Made by a program: the position numbers and the translations under genes
In this document: positions 13,181 through 26,260 of the stretch, one piece after another
Position numbering within the stretch: the first letter of the stretch is position 1
Layout: the number at the start of each line of letters is the position of its first letter
Notes under the pieces: generated by a model
What the model was told of the DNA's origin: nothing
Database searches by the model: none
The model's input: only the letters and a program-made list of their open reading frames with translations
Origin: Octopus sinensis
Taxonomy: Eukaryota
Direction: 5' to 3'
Assembly: GCF_006345805.1 (NCBI RefSeq)
Contig: NC_043002.1
Coordinates: forward strand, 34,162,001-34,226,000
Length of the DNA: 64,000 nt

Positions 13181-13329
13181 AGATGATAGTCGGTGTTTTG
13201 CATCTACCCAAACTCCTTAATCTGAGAACTGAAGAATCTTCCAAACAAGACACCAATAATATCAATAATGCAATTATAACCCAAGCTTATTCAAACTACC
13301 ACAATTCCCGTAATATATACATACATACT

Positions 13330-13421
<92 letters not shown>

Positions 13422-13439
13422 TACATATATATATAATAT

Positions 13440-13527
<88 letters not shown>

Positions 13528-13626
13528 AATGAGGATGAAATTTCTTTCGAAAAAAAATTTTTTCGAAAAAAAATTTTATCAATGGCCAGCATATTAAAAA
13601 TACCTTAAACGGTTAAATTTATAAAC

Positions 13627-13894
13627 AATTCACAAATGAGGGCAAAGGAAAAAATTTCTAATGCCAAATATTTATCTCATTTATTTCTTTTGCCACATGT
13701 ATCACTGACGAAGAGGGGGCTCTTAGTAGCTAACTCTGAAATCGGTCCGATATGGAATTTTTTAGAAGTGTCTGTCGACCTTTTTTCGAGCAACGTGCGT
13801 ATTGTGAAAAAATTATATGGTTAATGGACAATTTGTCCATTTTTTCGGCATATTTGGCATTAGAAACTTTTTCCTTTGCCCTCATTTATGAATT
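13627..13894. mobile_element. 268-bp element with 45-bp inverted ends and an internal hammerhead
   Basis: IR at 13627-13671 / 13850-13894; hammerhead at 13700-13757; between TA tracts. Confidence 0.65.
13700..13757 (+). ncRNA. Hammerhead ribozyme motif (eve intron 1)
   Basis: TCA-CUGACGA-AGAG...CTCT-GAAA-TCGGTCCGA-UA-TGG. Core intact; helix III ATCGG-T-CCGAT is near-palindromic; helix I is short (3 bp). Confidence 0.65.
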
Positions 13895-14376
13895 ATATAT
13901 ATATATATTCATACATATAAACATGTATGTACATGCGTGTTTTTTTTTGTGTGTGTAAAGAATCTTTAATGAAAGGAGTCAAACAAAACATCAATGAAGC
14001 ACCAAAATCACAAATATGTTGTTATTTTGGATCGCATAGAGCCAGATTAAGCAGACCTACGATAAAAGTGTTCAAACCGTGACCATTTTGCCTGTGTGCA
14101 AATATAATGTATTAAGGACCACATTATCTAATATGCTTTTGTCTTATAATATAAGGGTATGAATTAAGATAAAACGATTGCTATATCTAGCAGATAGATC
14201 TATTACATATAAGCTTTCATTATTTCCTCGGGTAGGCCATTGTTTCAAATGGTTTTTGCATTAACAAGTCGTGCAACGTTTCGGAGATCTAAAAGAAATG
14301 AACTGGAATGGCTCCTTCTGAAGAAAGATGTAATAAAGAAATTTAATTCAAATGATTAAATTAGAGACGGCCTTAC

Positions 14377-14617
14377 CTTTATATTTAGAACTGAGTGACG
14401 GGTAATGCTCACCAGGGGACATCACTCTGTTTGGGGAAGGGATGGAAGACAACGATGAAGAAGCTGGTGATAACGTCACTTCCGGTTGAGTTGTAAAGAC
14501 GTCAGCGCTGTGTTCGGATCCTACACTATCTTCGTTGTGCACAATTATTTCTTCGGGACTCTGCAGAGGACTGTCAATGTCAGTGTTCGGACGAACAGAA
14601 AGTGGGTTCAATATCAT
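14377..14617 (-). CDS. eve: even-skipped/Evx coding exon 1 (MILNPLSVRP...SLSSKYK, 80 codons + 1 nt)
   Basis: ATG at 14617; Ser/Pro-rich open frame; donor AAAG|GTAAGG at 14377/14376. Phase 1 matches the exon 2 acceptor (G+AA = Glu). An additional upstream exon cannot be excluded. Confidence 0.8.
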
Positions 14618-15736
14618 GTCTCGATTTGATAGTTAACAGGCTGATCACTGCTAAATAGTTCTACTCCGTTGTATTTCGTATTCCAACACCTAAAATTTGA
14701 AATGAGAGAATGAATTTCGTGAAATAATATTGAAGTATTCAAACACATGCGTGCACAAATAATGCGTATATATGAGACGTCAAAGAGTTTCCCGTTTTTC
14801 CTGAACATCAAACTAATACACCTTGTTTGTTGTTCTCTTACTTGTCTCTATCTTTTGTACATTTGAACTATCCTATATAAATATACATGCATGTATGTAT
14901 GTATGTATGTATGTATGTATGTATGTATGTATGTATGTATGTATGTATGTATGTATGTATGTATGTTTGTATATATGTATGTATGTATTAGAAAGGATAA
15001 TAATATAACTAGCAGTCAAAAGGCAGTCAGCTAATAAGATCATTTGCACGCCGTTCTAAGTTCAAATTCTGATGAGGTTGACTTTGCCTTTCATCCGTTT
15101 GGAAGTCGATAAAATAAGTACCAACTGAGGACAGGGTTCGCTGTAACCTACTTACTCCTGCTCCGAAATTGCTAGCCTAGTACCAAAATTCGAAACCAGT
15201 ATAACTTGCAGCCACTACCAAAGAATACATTATACATGACCACATATACTTCACAAAAAATCCTCTCCCTGACCCTAATGTAGTTCTTTATTGTAAATCA
15301 ATGAGTTTAGTACATTCATGAAAATTACTTTCTTGCTCTTCAAATTCTTGATATTACACTCTACTGTCTTAATGTAACCGTGAAGTCTTGAATGTGGCAT
15401 GTCTTCATCTGTTCCTTGGCTGTTGTACTTGTTTGTAAATGTTTTCTCACACCAATGATATAGAAATCGCTATATTTCTTGCATCGCCGATATAGAAATC
15501 GCTATATTTATTGCTGAGTATTTGATTGATAAGTTATAACAATACAAACCTGTGATTGTCAGAGCCTCTTTCCATATATCTGAGCAAAAGGTCTCTTCTC
15601 GGCGCATTGTATTAGTTTTTTTTAAAAATTAACTTTGTATCCATGTGTGTGAGCGCGCTTGCGTCTATGCACTCACACACATTGGTACATATAAGCATAC
15701 AGACAAAAGAGATTAAGTATTTAATATACACACGCA

Positions 15737-15906
15737 GCACGGCTGTGAGGTTAACAAAATCGCTCTGCAACCACGTGATTTTGGCTTCTGTCTCACTGCC
15801 CGGCACCTTGAACAAGTGTCTTCTTCTATAACCTAGGACCGATCAATGTCTTGTGAGCAAATTTGGTAAACGGAATCTATGAGGAAGCCCACCGTGTATG
15901 TTTGTG

Positions 15907-15939
<33 letters not shown>

Positions 15940-16354
15940 GTCTGCGTGTGTGTGTGTGTGTGTGTGTGTATACATAAATATATCCACTCACATACACGCA
16001 CACACTCACACTCACGTTTGTGTTTAGTTTCAACACCGCTTGATAACTGGTGTTGGTTTGTTTACATCCTCGTGACGTAGTGGTTCGGCAAAAGACATTG
16101 ACTGAATAAGTGTCAGACTTAAAAATAAATGCTGGAGCCGATTTGTTCAAGCCGGTAAAGCAGTGCTGCAACATGGCCGCAGTTGAATGACTACACAAAT
16201 AAAATAAAAAGTAAAAGAGAGTAGGAGTGGCTGTGTGGTAGGTAGCTTGCTTATCAACCACATGGTTCCGGGTTCAGTCCCACTGCGTGGCACCTTGGGC
16301 CGACCAATGCCTTATGAGTGAATTTGGTAGACGGAAACTGAAAGAAGCCCATCG

Positions 16355-16391
<37 letters not shown>

Positions 16392-16629
16392 GTATTATGT
16401 ATGTATATGTTTGTGTGTCTGTGTTTGTCCCCCAACATCGCTTGACAACCGATATTGGTGTCTTTACGTCCCCGTAACTTAGTGGTTCGGCAAAACAGAC
16501 CGATAGAATAAGTACTAGGCTTACAAAGAATAAGTCCTGGGGTCGATTTGCTCGACTAAAGGCGGTGCTCCGGCATGGCCACAGTCAAATGATTGAAACA
16601 AGTAAAAGAGTAAAAGAGTAAAAGAGAGT
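15737..16629 (+). mobile_element. Two head-to-tail SINE family A copies (old, then young)
   Basis: Diverged copy at about 15737-16222, followed directly by a younger copy at 16221-16629 with a GGGC-microhomology deletion. Confidence 0.85.
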
Positions 16630-17290
16630 CCGTAGACAGATCCAAACATCAAATATCTGTAAATTCCTCTGAGTAGTTTTTGCTGAACAGAAGCATTCAG
16701 AACATGATTAGATCTATAAATAATAGGAAGTTGTAAGCTCTTTGCCATAAGACGAGCTACGCAGGAACAGCTAGAAACGTATAGAATTGACCGGAAACAT
16801 CATGTGTGCTAATGAAATATTATCATAAATTACTGAGTATTTTTCATTATCATAATGTTCGTGGCTTCATTAGATATAAAATTTCACAGTTAATAGAAAT
16901 AGGAAATAGTAATTTGTGGTGTTATAACGAATACAATACTACGAGAAATAAATACATTCATACACATACATAAATAGTTGTTATATGTATGTATATATGC
17001 ATACATTCATACATACATATATGAATTAAAATATATAAAAAAGCGATCGTCCATTTTGAAGGTGAAAATAATGCTATGTCTGAGAAAAGAAGTAATGATC
17101 TGTTGTGGTTTCTTTGGTATTATTTATAGATTTGTTCTGGTAATGAGAAGAGACGGACAGAAATAGCGACGGAAGAAATATTGCGAGAGGAATATTAGAG
17201 GGATTTTTTTTTACTTTCGATTTGTGCTTTTTTTATTTTTTATTTATTCATTTATTTATTCATTTTGCACAACGTTCAAGCGTGGTAGAC

Positions 17291-17309
17291 TGGCGACACC
17301 TAGTGGCGA
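17291..17309 (-). promoter_or_regulatory. CTCF-like motif about 2.7 kb upstream of the eve ATG
   Basis: Minus strand TCGCCACTAGGTGTCGCCA versus consensus CCASYAGRKGGCRS (one core mismatch), in a non-repetitive CpG-containing island. Confidence 0.35.
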
Positions 17310-17726
17310 GAACAAGCCATAATCGGAGCATCGTCAAATAGAATCTATTGAAATTAATGTAGCGGGTGTTAATATCTGAGCAGGGGGTAGACGCCTGCTA
17401 GGAAACGAGCCAGGAAATACAATTTCGACATCGAGTTCCGAGTAATTGACACAATAACTGACAGAAATCGTATACACACAAGCGCGTGTTTACAAACACA
17501 AAAACAAGCAAGCACACACGTTTATACACACGGCTCACACTACGTCAAACACATCACACGTATAAATTACAAATACATACCTATATATGGTGTATATACA
17601 TACACATAGATGCAAATAGAGGCATGAAAATATATATAGGTACATACGTGCAAAGACACAAAATATATACATGAATGTGTGTGCGTGTGAGTGAGCGTGT
17701 GTACATATATGTATACACACACATGC

Positions 17727-17774
<48 letters not shown>

Positions 17775-17813
17775 TGCATATATATATGTATATATATATA
17801 TATATATATATGC

Positions 17814-17850
<37 letters not shown>

Positions 17851-17916
17851 TACATAGACGTATAGATGCAGACACATATTCCTTCTTCAAGTCGCCACAA
17901 TCCAGATATATATATA

Positions 17917-17962
<46 letters not shown>

Positions 17963-18034
17963 GATGTGTTTAGTGTCTGTGTCTAAGTGTGTGTGTAGTA
18001 TACATATATAAATGTACATATATATATGCATATA

Positions 18035-18077
<43 letters not shown>

Positions 18078-18786
18078 ATATATATATATATATACAAATA
18101 TGCATAAGCATATATACACATGCATGTAATCAATATAATAAATATGTATATTTGTTTTACAAGGTTCTTGAGGTCACCCTCCCATATACAAGCACATGAA
18201 ATTCAGTTCAATCTACGCGCGCGCACGTGTTTGTGTGTGTGTGTTTGTGTGCTCGCATGTGTATGTGTATGTGTGCTCTCATATGTGTGTGTGTGTGCGT
18301 GCACTCGCGCTTCTATGTGATTTCGAATATTTCAGACAATTTCAGCTTTTTTAAACCATCCGAATGGTGAGCAGGGATCAGAACAATGGCTTTCATATTC
18401 GAATCTTCATCATCATTAGAGTTTTAATGTCATATCCAACGTCAAACCGCTTAGTGATGGGCTGTTCGGTTGACTCTCCTTTGTTCGCTTGGATTTATTT
18501 TTTTGTTTTATGTAGATGAGAGAAGCTCTCAAGTAATGTATTTTCAAAATTGATACATAAAAAAGGTATTTTTGCAGGCATCAATTTCAGTCTGTAAAAT
18601 CTGCAGATGTTTCGGCATATTATGCATCATCAGTGCAGATATAGTGATTGTATAGCGTTATATCAATTTCTGCAAATAGAAGTATAAGGAGAGATTTTGG
18701 GTCGCTTCATTTCAAATATAGCATGTAATGTAAAATGATATAACGTTGCTACGTTTTCCATAGAATACCTTAAAACTGAGTGATTA

Positions 18787-20905
18787 CACTGGCCAACAAA
18801 TTCTAAATTTTTTTTCTGCTGATCTATGTTTGGGACCTGTTTTGAGGTAATTTGGGGTCACTGAGTTTTAAAATGGCAATTGCTTTTTTTTTTATCACGT
18901 CTAGTTTTCTTTTTCTATGGGCTGGCCCATATTGGCCCCAGCCGTAGTTCCATGTTTGGAATGTTTGAATTCCCCTGACTCTTTTTGCTATATGTGGGTG
19001 TTTTACAGTACCAAGTCAAAGAATGAACGTTAGTGACATTGTGAAAAGATCCTACTTGGCTTATTTGAAGATTAAAGTTGGTGATCAGGATAAATGGTCG
19101 GCCGGCACAATGTATGTAAACCCTATATCGAAAATCTACGCCGATAGACAAAGGGCACATGGAAACAACCAACATTAAGCATTCCTATGGTATGGTGGAA
19201 GCCAAGGAGCCATGTAAACGATTGCTACTTTTGTCTCACAATAACTCCTGGTTATAGCAAGAGAATGTGTCAGAAAAGAAGATACCCAAATCTGGATTCA
19301 GTAATTCATCCAGTGCTTCACTCAGATGGAATGCCAGTATCCGTTTTCAAAATTCTACCTTCACTGCAAGATGGAAGTGATGATATATGTGAAGTGGATG
19401 TAAATCATGAACATATAACAGTGATGCAGACTTTGTAGAAACATTAATCAAAGAACGTGAAGGCTTCAACCAAGCAGAACTTAAATTTTTAGTTAGAGGT
19501 CTAGGACTGTCTAAAGAGTTATCAGAACTGTTAGCTTCTAGGCTTAAAGAATTTGTTGCAGAAAGAGCTTCATTATTTATCAGAACAAGGAAAAATATCT
19601 TTTGGTATTCTTTACAACTGGAAAAGATTTTGTTCACTGTTGTGACGTGGTGGGACGGTTAAACGTGATGGGTGTTGAACAGGATGATCCTAGTGAATGT
19701 AGACTCTCTTTATAGATAGTCCAAAAAAAGTCTAAAATGTGTATTGCTCTATAATGGAAACTTGTTTAGTGCGCTTTCTATTGGTTACTCTGTACACTTA
19801 ATAGAGAATTATGATTACATGAAAGTTGTATTAGATTTACTTAAGTATGATGAACACAAATGGATCTAAAAAGGGTCAACTTTTTACTTGGTCAACAAGG
19901 AAGGTATACAAAATATCCATGTTTCCTGTGTTTATGGGATATCCAAGCGAGAGACAAACATTGAGTATAGAAACTCTGGCCAGTTAGGAAAAGTTTGACT
20001 GTTGGGGAGAAGAATATCATACACTAACCACTTGTTGAGCGAGAAAAATTCATCTTTCCACCTCTTCATATTAAACTAAGAGTAATGAAGTCATTTTTTA
20101 AAGCTCTTAATATGGAGGGTAACTGTTTCAAATTACTATGTACAACATTTCCTAGCCTAAATTATGATAAAATAGCGGCTGATGTTTTTGATGGGCCACA
20201 AATCAGAAAGTTAATGAAATGCCCGGATTTCTCGAGCTTGATGGCTGACGTAGAAAAAAGGGCATGAGATTCATATGGGAGAGTGAAAGGGCTGCAAACT
20301 ACAAGGATTTGGTGGAGAAATTACTTGGTACTTTCATCTTTTAGGCTGCAACATGAGCATAAAACTTCATTTCCTCAACAGCCGTCTCGATGAATTTCCT
20401 GCTAATCTCGGAGACGTGAGCAATGATCATAGTGAGCATTTTCATCAAGGAATCAAGATTATGAAGGAAAAATATTAAAGCCGATGGAACACACACTTGA
20501 TGGCAGACTACTGTTGGAGTATTCAAAGAGACTGTGTAGACATGAAATACTCCCATTGCTCTCGCGAGCGGAAATTTGTTCCATGAATATGAAGGTATAT
20601 GTATGATGATTTGTGTTTTATCCATCACATTAGAAAAAATTCACAGTAGGTATTTAGTAAAAGGTGATGCTATCTTACATTTCATATTCTATTGACATTA
20701 TAAATTATTGTTTGGAGCTATAAGACTTAGTAAACTATTCTGACCAAGTAAATTATTTGTACAGTACATCATAAAATAGGGGTATGCTTTAGAATGAAAA
20801 CCTGGTGTGTTAGGGAAAAATGGATGCCATATTATAAATCAGCATCTCAAAATTAACTAAAAACAACCACAAATTCGAAGTCAGAAAAATGTGTGTTGAC
20901 CGGTG
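18787..20905 (+). mobile_element. Decayed cut-and-paste DNA transposon (WxxPxxHxxDCYFC / LHIKL / KxHFLxxHLDxF family)
   Basis: Imperfect TIRs of about 110 bp (CACTGGCCAACA / TGTTGACCGGTG), TA at the left end; broken transposase fragments WWKPRSHVNDCYFC, PLHIKLRVMKSFFKAL, SIKLHFLNSRLDEFPANLGDVSNDHSEHFHQ. Confidence 0.8.
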
Positions 20906-21521
20906 TTATCTTTTCTACAATATTTCCATGTGCATGCCATATGTGTGTGAGTGAGTGTGTGTGTGTATGTATGTATGTATGTATGTATGTATGTATGTAT
21001 GTATGTATGTATGTATGTATGTATGTATAGTCAGCAGTGGAGATTCAGAGATTTTCAATATAGAAAACGCTTATTAGCGCTCAAATAATTTGAACATGCT
21101 TTCTGAAACTTTTACCAAGGACCAAAGAGTCCTCGGAATAAAAACTGGCTATAAGAGGAATCCAGGCGAGCAGATATGGAAGCAAGGATGCAAATAAACA
21201 AATGAAACTGCTTGGGCTTCATATACATATATGGTTGGGACGTATTTATCTCTCCACCCTGAAAACGGAGGCCGGATCTAACCAATGTTTATTTGATCCC
21301 ATTACTGGTTACATGTTCTGGTGAACTACATCTGCCAATATTATGGAGCAACCCCGAGCCCCCAGCAACAGCTGTCCGAAATGCAACACCATACCTTCTC
21401 CCCCTTCTTTTTGCGTTTATGTACTCTGTGTAAGTTTGATCTAATAATAATAATATATATAATATATATATATATATAATATATATATATATATATAGAT
21501 ATATATATATATATATATATA

Positions 21522-22336
21522 CAGGGTTGGTGGAAAGTAACTAGGCATTAGAAATTGCTTATAGAATTTTTTATATCACTGAGGTCATAAGAAAAACATT
21601 TTTTAAACGGACAACACTAATGTTGATTTCATATTTTCTTATTGTCTTATATCTTATTTCGTATTTTCTCGATGGACGGTCGCTTGACTGTTTAGGGGCA
21701 GCACGCTATGGAACGTGGAATTCCATTGTTTTGGTTCAGAGATGGTGGTATGATTGAAAGATATGCATGTAACACTACGACCGGAGGCAATAGAAAGTTG
21801 TCATACAAAGCTGATGATCACGGGCTCTGTGAACAATGCAAGAAGTGGCTATCCAACCACATCCCGATCAGAGGAGAACGTGGCAACAATGCAGCAGGTA
21901 AAAATCAAGACGTCAAGCAGCTCATGAAAGTGGACGAACAAGACACACAATACGCACGATGTTGCATAAAGAAGTAAATTTTCATCTGTGGAAACCCCAT
22001 TACACGAAGGAGCTAAAACCTGAAGACTGTAACTTCAGAAGTCCAGAACTCCAAGAAATCCAGATCTCACTCCGTGTGATTTTTACCTGTGAGGTTACAC
22101 AAAAGAGGAGGTGTACAAAGCAAAACCTCGCACTCCGGAAGACTTGGAGACACGGATTCAGGAGGTTCTCAAAGATATCCCAGACGACGTCCTTCAGAAG
22201 GATGTTCATTCCCTCCCTAGCCGTTTTTAATTTCATTTTCCCATATAATAAAGACATATTTGTTACAATAAATTTGTAAAAGGAATATGAATTTTATTAC
22301 CAATTTTTAATCCCTACTTACTTTTCAACCACCCTG
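21522..22336 (+). mobile_element. Internally deleted Tc1/mariner-type element
   Basis: TIRs CAGGGTTGGTGGAAAGTAA / TTACTTTTCAACCACCCTG, TA on the left; remnant LHKEVNFHLWKPHYTKELKPED. Confidence 0.75.
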
Positions 22337-23049
22337 TGTGTGTTTGTGTATGTCTCTGTGATGGGTTCTTTGTTTATGTGTTTGCATTACATCATTATAA
22401 CACTACCAGCGCACTGCCGTGTATGAAAATATAACACTCCGAAACAATCAACACGCCTCAGTAACAATGTCAATAAACCACTCTAACATTATAAACGCAT
22501 TATCAATACTCTGCCCATTTACTGTGAACGCATGAATGTAATATTGTGAAAAACGCTTCTATAATACACACACAACTTCGACATTGTCAACAAACTAAAT
22601 CGTTATATTTCTCACGTAAAATAACATTGTTTAAATTATATCCTAGGAAGTTGTCTTGTTTATATTTTGTAATGGTAAATTAAGAGAATGTAATTAATAT
22701 ATTGTCGTTAAAAGAAATTAATATTTTAATGACGCATTCAACTCTCGTTTATATACTGTCGTCACCACTATCACTGCGAAACTATTCCCCATCAAGATCA
22801 GTATTGCTGTGAAAACGACTACAACTGATGCATATATATATATATATTATATATATATATATAATATATATATATATAATATATATATATATATGTGTAT
22901 ATGTTTATACACACACACATATATACACATATAATCGTTATTTAAGTACCGATCTATCAGGTGGCCAGCATGGAATAAAAAACTTCAAAGGTAATAATTA
23001 TTATTAAAATTATAATTCAGGGTATCTAAGATATATATATATATGTACA

Positions 23050-23367
23050 GGAGCACTAGGTCGGTTGCGACGACGAGGGTCCCAGCTGATACGATCAATG
23101 GACCAGCTTGCTCGTGAAATTAACGTGCAAGTGGCTGAGCACTCCACAGACACGTGTACCCTTAACGTAGTTCGCAAGGAGGTTCAGCGTGACACAGAAT
23201 GTGACAAGGCTGGCCCTTTTGAAATACAGGTACTACTCATTTTTGCCAGCTGAGTGGACTGGAGCAACGTGAAATAAAGTGTCTTGCTCAAGGACACAAC
23301 ACGTCGCCGGGAATCGAACTCACAACCATACGATCATGAGCCGAATGCCCTAACCACTAAGCCACGC
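23050..23367 (-). mobile_element. tRNA-derived SINE family C with a CORE-like segment
   Basis: Head GCGTGGCTTAGTGGTTAGGGC...GTTCGATTCCC followed by TGTGTCCTTGAGCAAGACACTT; second copy at 40275-40575 (-). Confidence 0.8.
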
Positions 23368-23532
23368 TATATATATATACTTTTCTGGACTTCGTTTTCC
23401 TTTCTGACGAAGAGCTATGCTGGAAATGTCAAGAGCCCTTTTTTCCACCTTTACTGAGCGTCAAACTAATACATTCCATGTGCACGTCCTCTTGTTGTCT
23501 TAACTTTTTTAATGTTCGTTTATTCGATTTGA

Positions 23533-23648
<116 letters not shown>

Positions 23649-23729
23649 TTCGACATATCTAGCATCGATTCCTCATATATGTAATGGAAAATCGACAATC
23701 AAACATCCAGTCAACATCCTGCATACATT

Positions 23730-24623
23730 CAGGGTGCGGTGGATAAATTGTCGCCATTTGATATTTTTAATTTCGCGTATGCGTATTGTTCGCTTTGGAT
23801 TTTATTGACTCCACAGTATAGTAGGGTCAGTTGGCCACCGTCTGTGAGAAAAACGGTACCATGACGCAATTCTTCACTCTGCTAGAAATTTGGAAACGAT
23901 ATGCTGTACTGCTTGGCATTCACTCTGAAAGCCCCTATACCAACATTTCAGCGTGTTTAGCCGCTGTCAATATGAGAACATGTACCGAGAGTGAAAAAAA
24001 AACAAAAATCTAGTCAACATCATGGTGTTTGGAGTAATCACTAGTGATGGTGATGTTATGCCTTCATTCGTCTTCCCACACCACCTCACACTCAGCACGG
24101 AGGCCGACATCAAGTACCTGGAGGCGGTAGTGCTGATCTGGATGAAGAGGGTAGCTGCTGCAAGACCTAATACCTGGTAACAGGACTCTGCACCATGCCA
24201 CACAAGCAGAAGAACCCAGTCATGGCTGTCAGATATAATTTCTACGACCACATCACCCTAACATCTGGCTCTGGCCACCTAACTCCCCAGACTGAAAACA
24301 CCCTGGTTATTATGTGTGGGGCGCAGTTGAGCGAGAAACCAACAAAACTCCTTGTAAGACCAAAGATGAACTGAAAGCAAGGGTTATGGCAGCATTCACC
24401 AACTTAAACAAGAAGACCGGCCAGAAGAGTTGCAGAAGCTTCTGAAGTGGTCTGAAGACCCTGGTTGAAACCAATGGCAATTTTATTGAATAAATTTACT
24501 CTTTAGTATTTCAAGATATTTTTATGTAAATTATGTAATTTTGGTAAATATACCTTAAACTGAGATGTCAGTACTATTTTCATTTTTGCGTAATTTAGAG
24601 AACAGTTTATTCATCGCACCCTG
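23730..24623 (+). mobile_element. Deleted Tc1/mariner (maT/DD37D-like) element
   Basis: TIRs CAGGGTGCGGTGGATAAA / TTTATTCATCGCACCCTG; transposase remnant IMVFGVITSDG...W*QDSAPCHTSRRTQSWL...PPNSPD...DYYVWGAVERETNK. Confidence 0.85.
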
Positions 24624-24635
24624 TACATATTTAGA

Positions 24636-24710
<75 letters not shown>

Positions 24711-25645
24711 ACACACACACCACACACACACACGCACACGTACATATTCATACACACACACACTTTCATATTCACTCACACATATACCAATACACACATA
24801 TACACACCCACATCACACATACGTACGTTATGAACATATATACATATAAACACACATACATGTATATTATATACCTGAATGTATATATAGGTATGTATGT
24901 GTGTCTATATACGTGTATGTGTGTTTATGTGTTTATATACATATGTGTATACGCAGAGATATATGTATGTATGCATATATGTATGTACACACACACATAG
25001 AAGTATACTTCATTCATATGCTTATGGAACCAGACCAAACAATTCTGTTGTTCCGTTAAAATAAGCATCCGGTATTTCACAAATTTTATTCTACTTAAGT
25101 TCAACAATTACTTTTAATGTTGTTGCTGATAATGATGATGTTCATGCTGTCGTTCCCGTATGCAAATGCGTGAGTGTATATGTGTGTGTGTGTGTATACA
25201 TCCATCTATCCATCCATCCATACATACATACATACATACATACATACATACATACATACATACATACATACATACATACATACATACATACTACATACAT
25301 ACATACATACATACATACATACATACATACATACATACATACATACATACATACATACATACATAAACACACACTCACATACGTATATGTATTTATATTA
25401 TGTATGTAACTGAAGCTGAAACATTTAGATATCTGTATATATTTCTTTATGAAGACATAATTAAATAAGTCATTATTATTTACTATTATAATTAAAACTC
25501 TGTCACGTGCCTCTCATTGTTTGTCGTAGCTTGAAGTCGTCAACAAAATTCGAATAAAGGAGCTATAATTATGTAATGGAAAAGCGATAATCAAAAATAC
25601 ATTAAGTGAAAGTTTCCCCTGTATTCCATGCGGAACTAAACCAGC

Positions 25646-25664
25646 TACTGCCATCTGGTGTCAC
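25646..25664 (-). promoter_or_regulatory. CTCF-like motif about 11 kb upstream of eve
   Basis: Minus strand GTGACACCAGATGGCAGTA matches the CTCF core except at the first C; unique-looking sequence. Confidence 0.4.
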
Positions 25665-25879
25665 ACATCGCCAACCTGTTGTAATAATTTACTCCAAGAC
25701 ATGTCTACAGAAGACAAGATGTTTGTGAAGTTAAAGGTATTGCACTAATTGGTCGTGTGTCATGAGATCAAATCGACTGCAGCTGTTTTGTTGCCTCGTG
25801 TCTGATAGATCATAAACCAATGATCAAAAACGGTTCAAATGATAATCATCACCATTATCTGCAGCTGCCTCCTCAGACA

Positions 25880-26260
25880 ATAATTATTCTCCATTCATCA
25901 TGTGTTTTCTGCAGTGCTACATTTTTCAACTCTGCCATTTTTCCATAATGCTATCAATCCAGTTTTATCTGCATCCTTTTCTTGATCTTTTCCCCAGTAC
26001 CATTCCTGCGCCCTGCCAATTTTTGAAGACCATTTGCTCTAATGACATTTCCCAAAATGTTCAAGTTTTTGCTTGTTCAACATATTTTTATAAGGCTTCA
26101 TTCAATTTCAGTTTATGCCAACACGTATTGGTTTCTCTTTATGTCCGGCCAACTAATTCTTCGATAACATCAAACTTGGGAACCCTCTAACCTTTTTATA
26201 TCAGCTATTTTGGGGTCTCAGTGTTCCGGTCCATATGTAACCATCCCGTCTTACTTCCCC
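25880..26260 (-). mobile_element. Degraded RTE LINE C-terminal fragment
   Basis: RRISWPDIKRNQYVL...NILGNVIRANGLQKL-like remnant with stops. Confidence 0.5.

Noticed and set aside
16221-16300. tRNA-like heads (also 23290-23367, 42046-42110, 45770-45840)
   Set aside because: They continue into SINE bodies and lack a complete cloverleaf; not tRNA genes.
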